From a virus (Duplodnaviria; Caudoviricetes), in IMG/VR virus record IMGVR_UViG_3300027743_000031, positions 1-61,575 of that record: a DNA stretch of 61,575 nt, one strand, 5' to 3'. The position numbers and the translations under genes are program-made. Under the pieces are notes generated by a model. That model was not told the origin of the DNA. It ran no database searches and saw only the letters and a list, made by a program, of their open reading frames with translations. This document shows positions 1-9,437 of this stretch, piece by piece. The number at the start of each line of letters is the position of its first letter. Positions within the stretch are counted from its first letter, which is position 1.

Positions 1-126
1 GAGGCGGATGTCACGCAACTCGGGCACGATGTCAGCGAAGGCACCCGCCACCTTGCGGGCCTCGGGTGACAGTTGCGCGAGGGTCTTCTGCACGTCCTCG
101 GCTTCGATGTTGAACTCGCGGCCCTC
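1..126. repeat. Terminal direct repeat (assembly overlap of a circular or circularly permuted genome), copy 1
   Basis: 1-126 is identical to 61447-61572. Confidence 0.95.
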
Positions 127-945
127 TTCGACGGAGGCCGAGAACTCCTTGTTCATGGCCTTGATCGCGTCACCGAAGCCCTGGAAGCCGACGACACCAC
201 CAGCGACCAGGCCGCCCATCGTGAGGAAGATCGGCACCACGGCACCGGCCGTTCCAGCCAGCCCGGAGAACGCTGACGACAGCACCTGGACCGCGCCGCT
301 GAGCGCGCCCTGCAAGAGCACGGCGGCGGGCTGGGCCAGTTCCGCGACCGCCCCGAGGATCAGCTTCATCCGGCCGCTCAGACCGTCACCGAAGCTGGTC
401 CCGGCCGAGTCGCCCATCTCCCTGAACTTCGACTCGATGCGGGCGCGCGTGGAGACAAGCTCGTCCTCATCGACATCGACGCGGACCTTGACGGAGATGC
501 CCGCCAGCAGAAGCTGGATCTCCTCCTTCAACGCCTTGATGTCGGCGCGGTTGGCCTCGGTGTTGACCGTGACATCGATCTCACCGAGCATCGCCCGAGC
601 CGCCGCGAGCTCACGCTGCAACTCCTCGTCATCGAACTCAGGGTTGGCCTTCAGCGTCAACTGCGTGGCGCGCAGTTGGGCCTGGAGCTTGCGGATGTCG
701 GCCTTCAGCGCCGCCTCATCGAGTTCGATGTCCACGTCGATGCCGCGCATCGCCTCTTCGGCTTGCTGCCTGATCTTGCGCAGCTTCAACAGCAGCGTGC
801 GGCCGTCAACTTCTCCGAGGCCCTTGTCGATTTCATCGGCCATCGCCTCGCCGGTCTTGCGTGATGCCCCGACCAACTTCGCGGTCATCTTGCCGGTGTC
901 GGCATCAACCGTGATCTCGATTGAGCCGACGTTGCGACCTGCCAT
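1..945 (-). CDS. Tape measure protein, N-terminal part (continues across the join into 61446..58504)
   Basis: ATG at 945 (MAGRNVGSIEITVDADTG...) is open to base 1 and runs into ...EDVQKTLAQLSPEARK, the start of ORF 58504..61539; follows the tail chaperones. Confidence 0.9.
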   Translation of the reverse strand, partial: MAGRNVGSIEITVDADTGKMTAKLVGASRKTGEAMADEIDKGLGEVDGRTLLLKLRKIRQQAEEAMRGIDVDIELDEAALKADIRKLQAQLRATQLTLKANPEFDDEELQRELAAARAMLGEIDVTVNTEANRADIKALKEEIQLLLAGISVKVRVDVDEDELVSTRARIESKFREMGDSAGTSFGDGLSGRMKLILGAVAELAQPAAVLLQGALSGAVQVLSSAFSGLAGTAGAVVPIFLTMGGLVAGGVVGFQGFGDAIKAMNKEFSASVEEGREFNIEAEDVQKTLAQLSPEARKVAGAFADIVPELRDIRL

Positions 946-948
946 CAC

Positions 949-1308
949 TTACCCCTCGACTGCCTCCGGAGTGCTAGTCGGCAATGGTACGCCACCCGGT
1001 CCCCGCCCCCCAGCGACGGGTGGCGCGATGCCCATTGCGGACGCGAAGGCGAGGAAGCTCTTGGCGTCGTCATCCAAATCCTGCTCGGTGACGACAGCGC
1101 CGCGCGGCGGTGCGTTGAGGTCGCTGATCCAACGATCGGGTTCTTTCACTCGCTGCACCGCCCACCAGTAGATCGCGTTGAGGAAGCGGTCGAACTCTAG
1201 GGAGAAGTAGTCGACGCCGCGTTCGGCCGCCGCGCCGTCGATTGCCGCCCAGTGGTCCTCCGCGATGGCGACGAGACGGGCGGCGGTGTAGTAGGGCGCG
1301 CTGCCCAC
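949..1308 (-). CDS. Tail assembly chaperone, frameshifted C-terminal extension (gpT-like)
   Basis: Overlaps the upstream chaperone in the -1 frame, has no clear RBS and lies directly before the tape measure gene. Confidence 0.65.
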   Translation of the reverse strand: MGSAPYYTAARLVAIAEDHWAAIDGAAAERGVDYFSLEFDRFLNAIYWWAVQRVKEPDRWISDLNAPPRGAVVTEQDLDDDAKSFLAFASAMGIAPPVAGGRGPGGVPLPTSTPEAVEG

Positions 1309-1613
1309 TCCCCGACGAGGTACTGGACAATTTCGACGACCACCTCCACGTCCATCCCGCTGCGGAGTTGGTCCTCGACGATCGCGTAGTCCTTGTCGAC
1401 GAGCACCGAATCAAGCAGATCGAACATCGCTCGGATGGAGCCTTGGCCGGTGGCGGTGTCAGCCCCGAGGAACAGCGCAAGCTGGCCGGTGGTCGGCGCG
1501 TGCGCCGTCATCGTCACGTACTCGCCCTCGCGCACTTCGAATTCGAACTGGATGTCGATGGGGTTGCTGACTGCGGCTTTCCCACGCCGTGCAGCGGTCT
1601 GAAATTGTTTCAT
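1197..1613 (-). CDS. Tail assembly chaperone (gpG-like)
   Basis: AGGAGG RBS before ATG 1613; position upstream of the tape measure gene; EWAARPT motif near the end. Confidence 0.75.
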   Translation of the reverse strand: MKQFQTAARRGKAAVSNPIDIQFEFEVREGEYVTMTAHAPTTGQLALFLGADTATGQGSIRAMFDLLDSVLVDKDYAIVEDQLRSGMDVEVVVEIVQYLVGEWAARPTTPPPVSSPSRRTTGRQSTARRPNAASTTSP

Positions 1614-1635
1614 GTGGGCCTCCTGGCGGGTGAGC

Positions 1636-2088
1636 CTATGCCACGGGCGAAAGACCGTTGGCAACCAGGACGGCGTTGAGCGCCTTCTTCAAGATGTGCT
1701 GCCCCTCTCGGGCGCGTGTGCCGAGCCGGTCGCGGCCGACCGTGCGGATCTCACCGTTCCACTGCGTCCATGAGAACTCCTGGAACTTCTGGCTCGCACC
1801 GCGCCCCTCTTCGACGTAGATGGCGTGGTCCGCGAAGTTCTCGATCCGAGCGCGGACGATGTGCCCGTTGGAGCCGATGTGATCGCCCACCCACGACACC
1901 TTGAACACGCCGACCACGCCGCCGCGGTGGACCGCGTTGAGCGGGTCGTTGACCGGCGACGTGTTGAAGGCGCGCTGGAGGATGTCGCGTTCGATGTCGT
2001 TGCGCCACTCGTAGACAGCGCCGCCCGGCGTGTTCAGCGCTTGGATGACGGCTGCGTCGGAGATGCTGACCTTCACCTGTGACGGCAT
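1636..2088 (-). CDS. Tail completion / neck protein (HK97 gp10-like)
   Basis: MPSQVKVSIS start overlaps the upstream stop; HAIYVEEG and GTRAREGQHIL motifs; synteny. Confidence 0.6.
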   Translation of the reverse strand: MPSQVKVSISDAAVIQALNTPGGAVYEWRNDIERDILQRAFNTSPVNDPLNAVHRGGVVGVFKVSWVGDHIGSNGHIVRARIENFADHAIYVEEGRGASQKFQEFSWTQWNGEIRTVGRDRLGTRAREGQHILKKALNAVLVANGLSPVA

Positions 2089-2594
2089 CAGTCCGTGCCG
2101 ATCCACGCCGTCCACACGCCGCCCAGGCACCCGCCTGCGGGGCCGATGGGCTGCCACTGTTGCACCGCCACCGATGGCGCACCGCAGCACATGATGGCCC
2201 TGAACAGCGCCCACGCATCCTGCATCTGCTCGGCCGCGGCCATGTTCATCTGCTCGACGGTCTGCAACTCGCCGTCAGCCGAGATCGGCAGGCAGCGCGC
2301 CGCACCGACTTCGATCTGGTAGGCCAGCGGCTTGCGACACGTCGGGTCAACGATCGCCTGCGGGAACGTCTCGCTGGGGTTGGCGAAGGCGACGCGGATC
2401 CAGCCCATGCCGCACTTGTCGTTGCCGCACTCGGAGCAGAACTCCAAGCTGACCTGAGCGCCGGGGTAGATGCCGCACCAGCACGTCGGCCCCGCGCCGG
2501 TCTCCGTCAGTTCCGTGCAGACGCAATCGCTGAGCGCGAACAGCAGCGGCAGGATCGGGGCCGGGATGATGACGGGTGGGTCGGGGTTGCTCAT
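2088..2594 (-). CDS. Tail terminator-like protein (Cys-rich)
   Basis: MSNPDPPV start overlaps the upstream stop; PIGPAGGCLGG C-terminal motif; synteny. Confidence 0.6.
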   Translation of the reverse strand: MSNPDPPVIIPAPILPLLFALSDCVCTELTETGAGPTCWCGIYPGAQVSLEFCSECGNDKCGMGWIRVAFANPSETFPQAIVDPTCRKPLAYQIEVGAARCLPISADGELQTVEQMNMAAAEQMQDAWALFRAIMCCGAPSVAVQQWQPIGPAGGCLGGVWTAWIGTD

Positions 2595-3640
2595 GTGACC
2601 GTCAGCGCCAGCCCGTTCGACGGCGGCGCATCCGGGTTCGTCGCGACGATGTCGTAGGTGCCAGCGCCTGCCTCCCACGAGACGCTCAACTGCGTCTCGC
2701 TGATCCAAGTGCGAGTGAGCGTCCAGGTGTCATCGGCGCGCAGCACGACGTCGGGATGGAAGCCGGTGCCCATCACGTCGAACACGAACTGCGGCGTCGC
2801 GACGACGGTGCTGGGAACGAGCGACGTGAGCACGGCCGTGATGATGGCGGGAGGTTCGGGCGGTGGCTGCGTCCACGTCTGGAAGCGATGCTTCATCGGC
2901 GCGAGGTCCGGCGACCAGACGAGCGATGGAGAGTGCAGGTGCTTCGGGTTGATCGCGCTGATGTACGCATCGACCTCGATGATCCCGGTCTGGCCGTTGG
3001 GGAACATGCCCATCGTCAACGTCATCGCAACGCCCTGGCGCGCGATCGCCGTGACGTTGGACGGAAGCCGACACTTGCCGCCCGAGCACGCCTTGGTGAA
3101 CTCGCACGCCAGGACTCCTGCGGCCCACAGGCCAGCGGGGCCGGGATCAATGCCCGGGACGTAGCTGACCGTGAGGGTGTTCGGTGCGCCCGCTGGGGCG
3201 GTCATGTCCTGGCAACTCGGCCAGCACAATCCGTCCTGCCTGACCAGGCGGTTCCCGTTATCGACCCGGAAAGTGTCCAGTGGGATGTCCGTTCCCGACC
3301 AGTTGACGGAGACCAGCTTGGCGATGTTCCCCGGCGTGACGATCTCGCACATCCTGGTGCAGGAGCACGGCGGCGTGCCGCAGGCGCAGTTGAACCACCG
3401 CCCGTCGATGAGGACGGGGTTCATCCAGCCGCCCCCTGGCGCGATCCAGCTACTGACGCAGCACTCGCACGGCGCGCTGAGACACGGCCGCATCAGCACA
3501 GGGCAGTTGCCGACCTGTCCGCCCGACAGCAGACGGATGGTCGACCAGGCGAGCTCCATCGCCTTCTCCTGCACCAGTGGGTCGATGGTGTCCCAGCCGG
3601 TGCAGCAGTCGGTATCTGCTTCCCAAGGTACGCAGGTCAC
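2591..3640 (-). CDS. Head-to-tail adaptor with C-terminal Ig-like (IPT/TIG) extension
   Basis: 349 aa; CRLPSNVTAIARQGV and TGIIEVDAYISAINP resemble actinophage adaptors; beta-rich tail with GTGF and IVATNPD. Confidence 0.7.
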   Translation of the reverse strand: MTCVPWEADTDCCTGWDTIDPLVQEKAMELAWSTIRLLSGGQVGNCPVLMRPCLSAPCECCVSSWIAPGGGWMNPVLIDGRWFNCACGTPPCSCTRMCEIVTPGNIAKLVSVNWSGTDIPLDTFRVDNGNRLVRQDGLCWPSCQDMTAPAGAPNTLTVSYVPGIDPGPAGLWAAGVLACEFTKACSGGKCRLPSNVTAIARQGVAMTLTMGMFPNGQTGIIEVDAYISAINPKHLHSPSLVWSPDLAPMKHRFQTWTQPPPEPPAIITAVLTSLVPSTVVATPQFVFDVMGTGFHPDVVLRADDTWTLTRTWISETQLSVSWEAGAGTYDIVATNPDAPPSNGLALTVT

Positions 3641-3662
3641 GGCGCGATCCTACGCGCCAGGC

Positions 3663-4586
3663 TTACGGAGCCGGGGCAGCGACCCAGGCAGCGCCATCCC
3701 AGTGGGCCTGCCCGCCAGCGCCAGCCGCAAGGGTCTGGACGAACTGGCCGGGAGTCCAGGCGGTCGCCGGGTTGGCGGTGACGACGTTCGGCACGCCGCC
3801 GATCAGATCGGCAACGGTCGAGGGCGGCATCGAACCGGAAGGCGTCCAGTTGCCGGGGGTGCCAGCGTTCGCGCCGGTCGCCGGGGCAGCGCCAGCAGGC
3901 GGGACGAGCGCCACGCAGCCATCGGTCGGGTCCGGAGGAGCGACGGTGGTGAAGATGACGTAGAGGTGGTCGTCGGGGTCCAGCGGGTCGGGCAGTGGTG
4001 ACGTGCCGCCAGTGCCGTCGTCCACGACGTCGTAGGGACCGACACCCCAGCCGTTGCCAGCCTTCGTGACTGCGCCCGTGAGGGTGAACGTGACCGCTGC
4101 GTTCTCGATGGTGAAGTCGCCCACCACGCCGCCCTGGAGGCAGGGGAGCAGGAGGTAGCCGAACGCACCAGCATCGCCCGAGCAGGCCACGCCGGGGACG
4201 CCCATCCAGACCTCCAAGGCGAAGCCCTTGTCGCAGGCGCTGACCGCGCTGTTCATTCGGAACCCGACCACATCGCCCGCTGCATCGACAACGACCGGCT
4301 GGCCGGTGACGAGAGCGAACAGACACGGGTTCACGTCGCAGAAGGTGATCTCGACGCCGTAGCCCTGGAACTCTGGGCAGGCCGTGTCACGCACGCAGGT
4401 CTTGCCGTTGGCGTTCGTGACGGTGATCTCGTCGGGCGTGTTGATCGTGGCCGTCAGAGCAACGCTGACGAAGCCCTCGGTGACGACCTGGTTGTCCTCA
4501 CCGAAGATCGGCGCGCAGCAACCATCCACCGCCGTGACTCGCATCGAGCGGCCCCGGACGAGAGGGAAGGACTTGGGACTGGCCAT
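3663..4586 (-). CDS. Major tail (tube) protein
   Basis: 307 aa; GRSMRVTAVDGCC, NANGKTCV and WGVGPYDV motifs; AGGAGG RBS. Confidence 0.85.
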   Translation of the reverse strand: MASPKSFPLVRGRSMRVTAVDGCCAPIFGEDNQVVTEGFVSVALTATINTPDEITVTNANGKTCVRDTACPEFQGYGVEITFCDVNPCLFALVTGQPVVVDAAGDVVGFRMNSAVSACDKGFALEVWMGVPGVACSGDAGAFGYLLLPCLQGGVVGDFTIENAAVTFTLTGAVTKAGNGWGVGPYDVVDDGTGGTSPLPDPLDPDDHLYVIFTTVAPPDPTDGCVALVPPAGAAPATGANAGTPGNWTPSGSMPPSTVADLIGGVPNVVTANPATAWTPGQFVQTLAAGAGGQAHWDGAAWVAAPAP

Positions 4587-4596
4587 GAGATGCCTC

Positions 4597-6195
4597 CTAC
4601 GGGGTGAACGTGAAGTTCAGGATGGTCGCAGACATGCCCTGGGGATTCTGCAGACGGACAGTGACGGTGCCCGGCACGTTGTCGGACGGATGGACGACGA
4701 TTTCGAGTTCGTGGTCGTCGATGAAGGCGGTCGGATAGGCAACGCCGTTGACCAACACATCGGTGTCGTCGGTGAGGTCTTCTCCGTGGATGTGCAGCGT
4801 GAAGTCCGCCGCGCCAACGCTGACGCTGGTGTGGCTGAGGTACAGCAACTCGGGCGGCGTGGTCGGCGGCGGCTGGCTGACTCCGCCCGTCGTGACGACG
4901 GTGCCAGAGACGCAGGGGCAGGGGTTGACGAGCACCGAGAACGGCTGGCACTCGATCGCCGGGACGTAGATGCGCTCGACAATCGAACGAGCGGGGACGT
5001 TGATCCAGCCGGTCACGTAGTCGGGTGTCGCCGGGACGGCGGGCGTGCCGGGGGACACGGCGGTCATCGTCACCGTCAGCGGCGAGTTGTCGCCAGCGGG
5101 GGCGTAGGGACCGCCAGCGCCGACAGCGCCAGTGGTCGTCATCGGGACGGTGTAGTACGCGCCCTGGTTGACCGGAGTGCCGGGGCTGAACTCTGTCCAC
5201 TGCGTCGCGTCGGCAGGGTTGACGTAGCGCACCCTGCGGTTCGTGTATGACGGGTCGAGCGCGAGCAGCATCTCGGGCCAGTCGTCGCCGCCTGGGGCGA
5301 GGTTGCTCCAACGGTGGACGCCCGAGACAGCGCCGCCACCGGACGAGCCAACGTGACCGTCACCGGGCGCTCCTGACGTGGATGCGGCCCACAGCATCGA
5401 CGGCTGGGAGAGCGAGAGCGGAGCGCCGGGGACAGCGGGCACTTCCGGAGCGCCGCCGCCGAAGCAGGCGACGTTCTGCTGGGGTGCGTCGAACTGGTTG
5501 ATCGGACCACGGACCAGCACCATGCGGCCCATGCCGTAGATGATGTTGTCGGTGCCGAGCATCGACACACCGATGACGGTCGAGCCAGCACAGGAGTGGA
5601 ACGTGCCGTCGCCGTTGGGCGCGATCAGGCCGTCGCGGCAGAACACCGCGAGCAGGTGCATCGGAATCGCGATCAGTGGGATGCCGCCGTAGTTGCCGAA
5701 CAGCATCCCCTCCAACTGGCCGAGCGCCTGTGCTGGTTCCAGTGCCGTGACGTTGAGTTGCAGTAGGTCGGGGCGGGCCTTGATCCACTCCGTCAGTTGC
5801 TGGTCGACCACCCGGCGCTCCGCGAAGTCGAAGCTGCGGCGAGCCTGCATCCGCGTGTGCTCCATCGGCTGCAAGCCGGTCGCGCAGAGCGCGGCGCGGT
5901 ACAGAGCGAAGGGATCACCGTTGACGACGAAGTCGGTGGGATCACCGAACTTCTCGCCGTTCACGCCGGGGGTCCAGCCCCCCGCGTCGCAGTCGAAGGT
6001 GCCGGTGTCTGTCGAGCACCAGTCGCCCGTCCACGGGTTGGCCTGGCCGAGGCAAGCGTAGGAGTCGTACTCGATGCCGAGCAGCGAGTGGTCGCCGTCA
6101 GGCACGTCGATGACCGTCGCTCCGTCGAGGAAGCCACCGCGTTGAAGCGGCGGGTCAGCAACCGTGATCAGATTTCGTGCTCCGGTGATCGTCAT
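4597..6195 (-). CDS. Capsid protein, pentamer-type, with C-terminal Ig-like domain
   Basis: Follows the large capsid gene as in hexamer/pentamer actinophages; GGAGG RBS before ATG 6195; C-terminal IPT/TIG-like segment. Confidence 0.6.
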   Translation of the reverse strand: MTITGARNLITVADPPLQRGGFLDGATVIDVPDGDHSLLGIEYDSYACLGQANPWTGDWCSTDTGTFDCDAGGWTPGVNGEKFGDPTDFVVNGDPFALYRAALCATGLQPMEHTRMQARRSFDFAERRVVDQQLTEWIKARPDLLQLNVTALEPAQALGQLEGMLFGNYGGIPLIAIPMHLLAVFCRDGLIAPNGDGTFHSCAGSTVIGVSMLGTDNIIYGMGRMVLVRGPINQFDAPQQNVACFGGGAPEVPAVPGAPLSLSQPSMLWAASTSGAPGDGHVGSSGGGAVSGVHRWSNLAPGGDDWPEMLLALDPSYTNRRVRYVNPADATQWTEFSPGTPVNQGAYYTVPMTTTGAVGAGGPYAPAGDNSPLTVTMTAVSPGTPAVPATPDYVTGWINVPARSIVERIYVPAIECQPFSVLVNPCPCVSGTVVTTGGVSQPPPTTPPELLYLSHTSVSVGAADFTLHIHGEDLTDDTDVLVNGVAYPTAFIDDHELEIVVHPSDNVPGTVTVRLQNPQGMSATILNFTFTP

Positions 6196-6224
6196 CGCTT
6201 CCTCCTTCCTCACTCAGTGGTCGC

Positions 6225-6267
6225 CCTGGGGGGATCAAGGAGGCCCTACCTACTCGATCCCCCCAGG
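6225..6267 (-). terminator. Stem-loop after the major capsid gene (attenuator or mRNA stabiliser)
   Basis: CCTGGGGGGATC / GATCCCCCCAGG perfect 12-bp inverted repeat; no U-tract. Confidence 0.5.
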
Positions 6268-6279
6268 CCGTCTCGTTCC

Positions 6280-8181
6280 TCAGCCGACGCCCGACACCCA
6301 AGCGGTGCCGTTCCAGTGGGCGCGACCTGCGCCACCCGAGATGCCGGTCTGGACGAACTGCCCAGCGGTCCATGCCGTGGCGGGCGATGCCACGACCGGG
6401 TTCGGGGTTCCGGCGATGAGGTTGGCGACGCTGGATGGCGGCTCGCTGCCCGAAGGCGTGAACGCACCAGGCGCACCAGCCGTGGCTCCGGTGGCGAACA
6501 CGATCGGCGGGTTCTGCGTGCCGACCGTCAGGCACTCCGTCAGGTCGAGTGCCGCTGCCTGGCCGCTGGCGCAGGTGCTGAGCTCGATCTTGCAGGTGTG
6601 GGTGCAGCGCTGCACGGCGAGGATGCCCTCTTCGATGAACAGCGCCGTGAACACGTTGCTGGCGAGGCCGGTGGAGTCGTACACCGCGTCGATGTTGATG
6701 ACGTCGGCGCGACCGCGGACCCACGTACCAGCGGGGTACATCAGCGCCCACACCGTGTCGGGCAGCGTGACCTGGCAGTTGACGACCACGAGGTCCTGCC
6801 AGTCGTAGACCCACTGCACGGAGAGGTTGCGGTCCGAGAACCACGAGTTGATCGCGGCGTCGCTGGCGTCCTTCGGCCATGCACGCATGCCCCAATCGGC
6901 CCGGATCAGCGCCTTGTACCAGAACGGCAGCACGACCTCGATCGTCTGGGTCTGGCTCATGCGGTACTGGTACCGCATGGCGATGGCCTGGATGTCGAGC
7001 TTGTAGAGGCTCCGGTCAACGGTCTCGTCGCTGCCACCCTCGATGCCGGGGCCAGCCGCGGCGTTGATCGTGTCGAGCATGTACTTGTTCACCTTGTGCT
7101 GCTGGGCGACCAGCGCGCCTTCGGTGAAGCGGCGGACGAGCTCGGGGTACTGGCTCATCGTCAGCAGCGGTGCCTTGATGCAGATGCCGACAGCGTCCAT
7201 GCGGATCTCTTCGAACGGCGGGCACTCGACCATGCAGCAGTTCTTCTCCGCGGTGCCCGCGATCGCCTCGTCCTCGGTGAGGGCGAAGCCGCAGGCTGCG
7301 TAGATGTCCGCGAACGACGGACCCTGCGTCCAGCGAATGCCGCCGCGGGTGACGTTGAACTCGGGCGTGTCGAGGATGCCGTCGACCGATTCGAACGCAC
7401 ACAGGTCGTACAGCGTCTGGCTGGGGGCGCACCATCCCATCGCGGCGACGAGAGAGCCACCGGGCAGTCGCCGCTCGTCGGCAGCGGCAGTGATGAGAGC
7501 CATGTCGTCCTGGGTGACGGCCTGGTCGAGGTCGCCGTAGCCCTGGAGGCGGATGGTCGCTGCGCCGTAGTGCGAGCGGACACCCTGCTCGCCACCGACG
7601 CGGCTGGTGGGCAGGCCCTTGACGCGAGCGATGACCGCGGCAGACACGGCGTCGAGGCCGTCGAGGATCTTGCCGGTGGGGATGCCGGGGACGTCGGCGG
7701 CGGCGGTCAGCACGGCCACGGCGTCACTCGGACGGCGGGCGGGGACGGGCGTCGGCGCGGCGTTGGCTGCGGCGCGGCGGGCAGGCGGTGTCGTTGCGGC
7801 GGCGACCGGCTGCGGGAGTTCGGTGGTGACGCCCTGCGGGGTCGTCACGGCATCCGGCGATACAGGCTCGCCCTCCGGCGTCGGCTCCGGCTCCGGCGTC
7901 GGCTCTGGCTCCGGAGCAGGGTCTGGTTCCGGACTGGCCATCTGCTCCAAGAGCTTGCTGGCACGGTCCCGGCGCGAGGTGTCGGCTGCCTCCTTCGTCG
8001 CCTTCAGGGCGTTGGCGGCACTGATGGCGGTCGCGATGCGCTCGCCTTCGGTGATCGTCGCCTCGTCCGAGTCCTGTGACACGCCGAGCGCCTGGAACGC
8101 ATCCAGGCCCGCATCGATCAGGGCTTGCAGTTCGTCAACGCCCAAAGCGTCGAGGTTCTCAGGCAGTTCAAACGGCATCAC
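6280..8181 (-). CDS. Major capsid protein (hexamer-type, with N-terminal scaffold region)
   Basis: 633 aa; SLVAAMGWCAPSQTLYD, LMYPAGTWVRG and FTALFIEEG motifs; acidic PE-repeat linker. Confidence 0.85.
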   Translation of the reverse strand: MMPFELPENLDALGVDELQALIDAGLDAFQALGVSQDSDEATITEGERIATAISAANALKATKEAADTSRRDRASKLLEQMASPEPDPAPEPEPTPEPEPTPEGEPVSPDAVTTPQGVTTELPQPVAAATTPPARRAAANAAPTPVPARRPSDAVAVLTAAADVPGIPTGKILDGLDAVSAAVIARVKGLPTSRVGGEQGVRSHYGAATIRLQGYGDLDQAVTQDDMALITAAADERRLPGGSLVAAMGWCAPSQTLYDLCAFESVDGILDTPEFNVTRGGIRWTQGPSFADIYAACGFALTEDEAIAGTAEKNCCMVECPPFEEIRMDAVGICIKAPLLTMSQYPELVRRFTEGALVAQQHKVNKYMLDTINAAAGPGIEGGSDETVDRSLYKLDIQAIAMRYQYRMSQTQTIEVVLPFWYKALIRADWGMRAWPKDASDAAINSWFSDRNLSVQWVYDWQDLVVVNCQVTLPDTVWALMYPAGTWVRGRADVINIDAVYDSTGLASNVFTALFIEEGILAVQRCTHTCKIELSTCASGQAAALDLTECLTVGTQNPPIVFATGATAGAPGAFTPSGSEPPSSVANLIAGTPNPVVASPATAWTAGQFVQTGISGGAGRAHWNGTAWVSGVG

Positions 8182-8302
8182 AGCCTCCGGTCGTGGGGAA
8201 AGGAATCAGAGCACGAGGAATGGAGCCAACCGCGTCAGCCGCTTCGCAGCTTCACGCACCAGGAGGCTTCGCCTCTGACCGGTGCGGGTTGATCTGTGGG
8301 GC

Positions 8303-8333
8303 AGCATACGCCTGCGGTGTGACAGCCTGTCAA
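8303..8333 (-). promoter_or_regulatory. Putative sigma-70-type capsid promoter with overlapping palindrome
   Basis: Minus strand TTGACA-N19-TATGCT; TGACA-GCC-TGTCA at 8320-8332 overlaps the -35. Confidence 0.5.
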
Positions 8334-8624
8334 GTGAAGCCGGGGATGACACTCGGAGGGGACGTGGCGAGGAGCCACTGGAGGCCCCGCAGAATACCCA
8401 GGGAACATCGCAAGGGCAGCCTGCGCTGGGACACATCGGGGAGCGCTGCCGTCCCGGCTTCACTGCGTTATAGGGAAGCGCGATCGCGAATCCTCGCGAG
8501 GAATTTCCGAAATTTCAGAAGGGGTCTCGGTCGCCCTTCTCGTTCTCCTTCGTCCCACGCCGCCAGGACCACCACAGCAGTCCGACGAGTATCACCGCCG
8601 CAACGATGCGGTCGATGGCGCGCC

Positions 8625-9422
8625 TCACTCAGTCGGGACCAGCGTCGGCGGTGTGCTGCCCCCGGTGGGGAACGGGCCGTCAGGGTTGGCGCACGAGCTC
8701 GACTCGGGCGGGTACGTCACGGTCGCCGTGGCGGTCGGGTTGACCGTGTAGGTGAGCCGGATGCCGTCGCGGAGGAAGGCGTCGCTCGGGTCACGAACCC
8801 AGAAGCCCGCGCTGTTGAGGTTCCAGCCGGGAACGTCAGCGATCGAGCCATCGGGGTTGACGCGCGTCCCTGGGTAGAGGATGTCCACCGTCGTGCCGGG
8901 TTGGTAGACGAGCGGCTGCGTGGAGACGACGCCGTTGCCGGTCACGGTGGTCATCGTCAGCGTGCCGGTGCGACCGGCCAGTTCAGGGAACGTGTTGCCG
9001 AAGGTGATGCGGATGGTCGGCACTTCGCGGATGCAGATGGTGGTCGCCCCGGAGAAGCTGAACACCTGAGCGGGGCCGGTGATCGTCGTGTTCGGCGCGG
9101 TCGTCGTGGTCCCCGGCTGAGACGTGGTGGTCGTCCCAGCCGGAGTCGTCGTCGTGGTCGTGCCTGCCACAGTCGTCGTGGTGCCGGTGATGACCGTGTT
9201 CGGCGTGCAGTCCGCGCACGTTGTCGTTGTGGCAGCGCCAGTGGTGGTCGTGACCGGTTGCGTCGTCGTCGTCGCCACAGCGGTCGTGGTCGTCGGATAC
9301 TGCTTGTGCGTCGTCGTCGTCTGGTAGTACGGCGGGTTGTCGAGCGGCGTCACCTCCATCGGTGAACCGCACGCGGCCAGCAGGGCGACAACGATCGCCC
9401 CAATCACTCCCCATCGCTTCAT
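8625..9422 (-). CDS. Thr-rich lipoprotein
   Basis: Signal peptide with lipobox LLAAC; long poly-Thr stalk; C-terminal globular domain. Confidence 0.75.
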   Translation of the reverse strand: MKRWGVIGAIVVALLAACGSPMEVTPLDNPPYYQTTTTHKQYPTTTTAVATTTTQPVTTTTGAATTTTCADCTPNTVITGTTTTVAGTTTTTTPAGTTTTSQPGTTTTAPNTTITGPAQVFSFSGATTICIREVPTIRITFGNTFPELAGRTGTLTMTTVTGNGVVSTQPLVYQPGTTVDILYPGTRVNPDGSIADVPGWNLNSAGFWVRDPSDAFLRDGIRLTYTVNPTATATVTYPPESSSCANPDGPFPTGGSTPPTLVPTE

Positions 9423-9437
9423 GCCCGCTTCTCCCCG

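Noticed and set aside
8-1171. Long plus-strand ORFs opposite structural genes (also 5797..8079, 10466..12466, 58342..59895) and minus-strand 26873..28819
   Set aside because: Antisense shadows of real genes in GC-rich DNA; they lack an RBS and have Arg/Ser/Pro-rich, non-protein-like composition.
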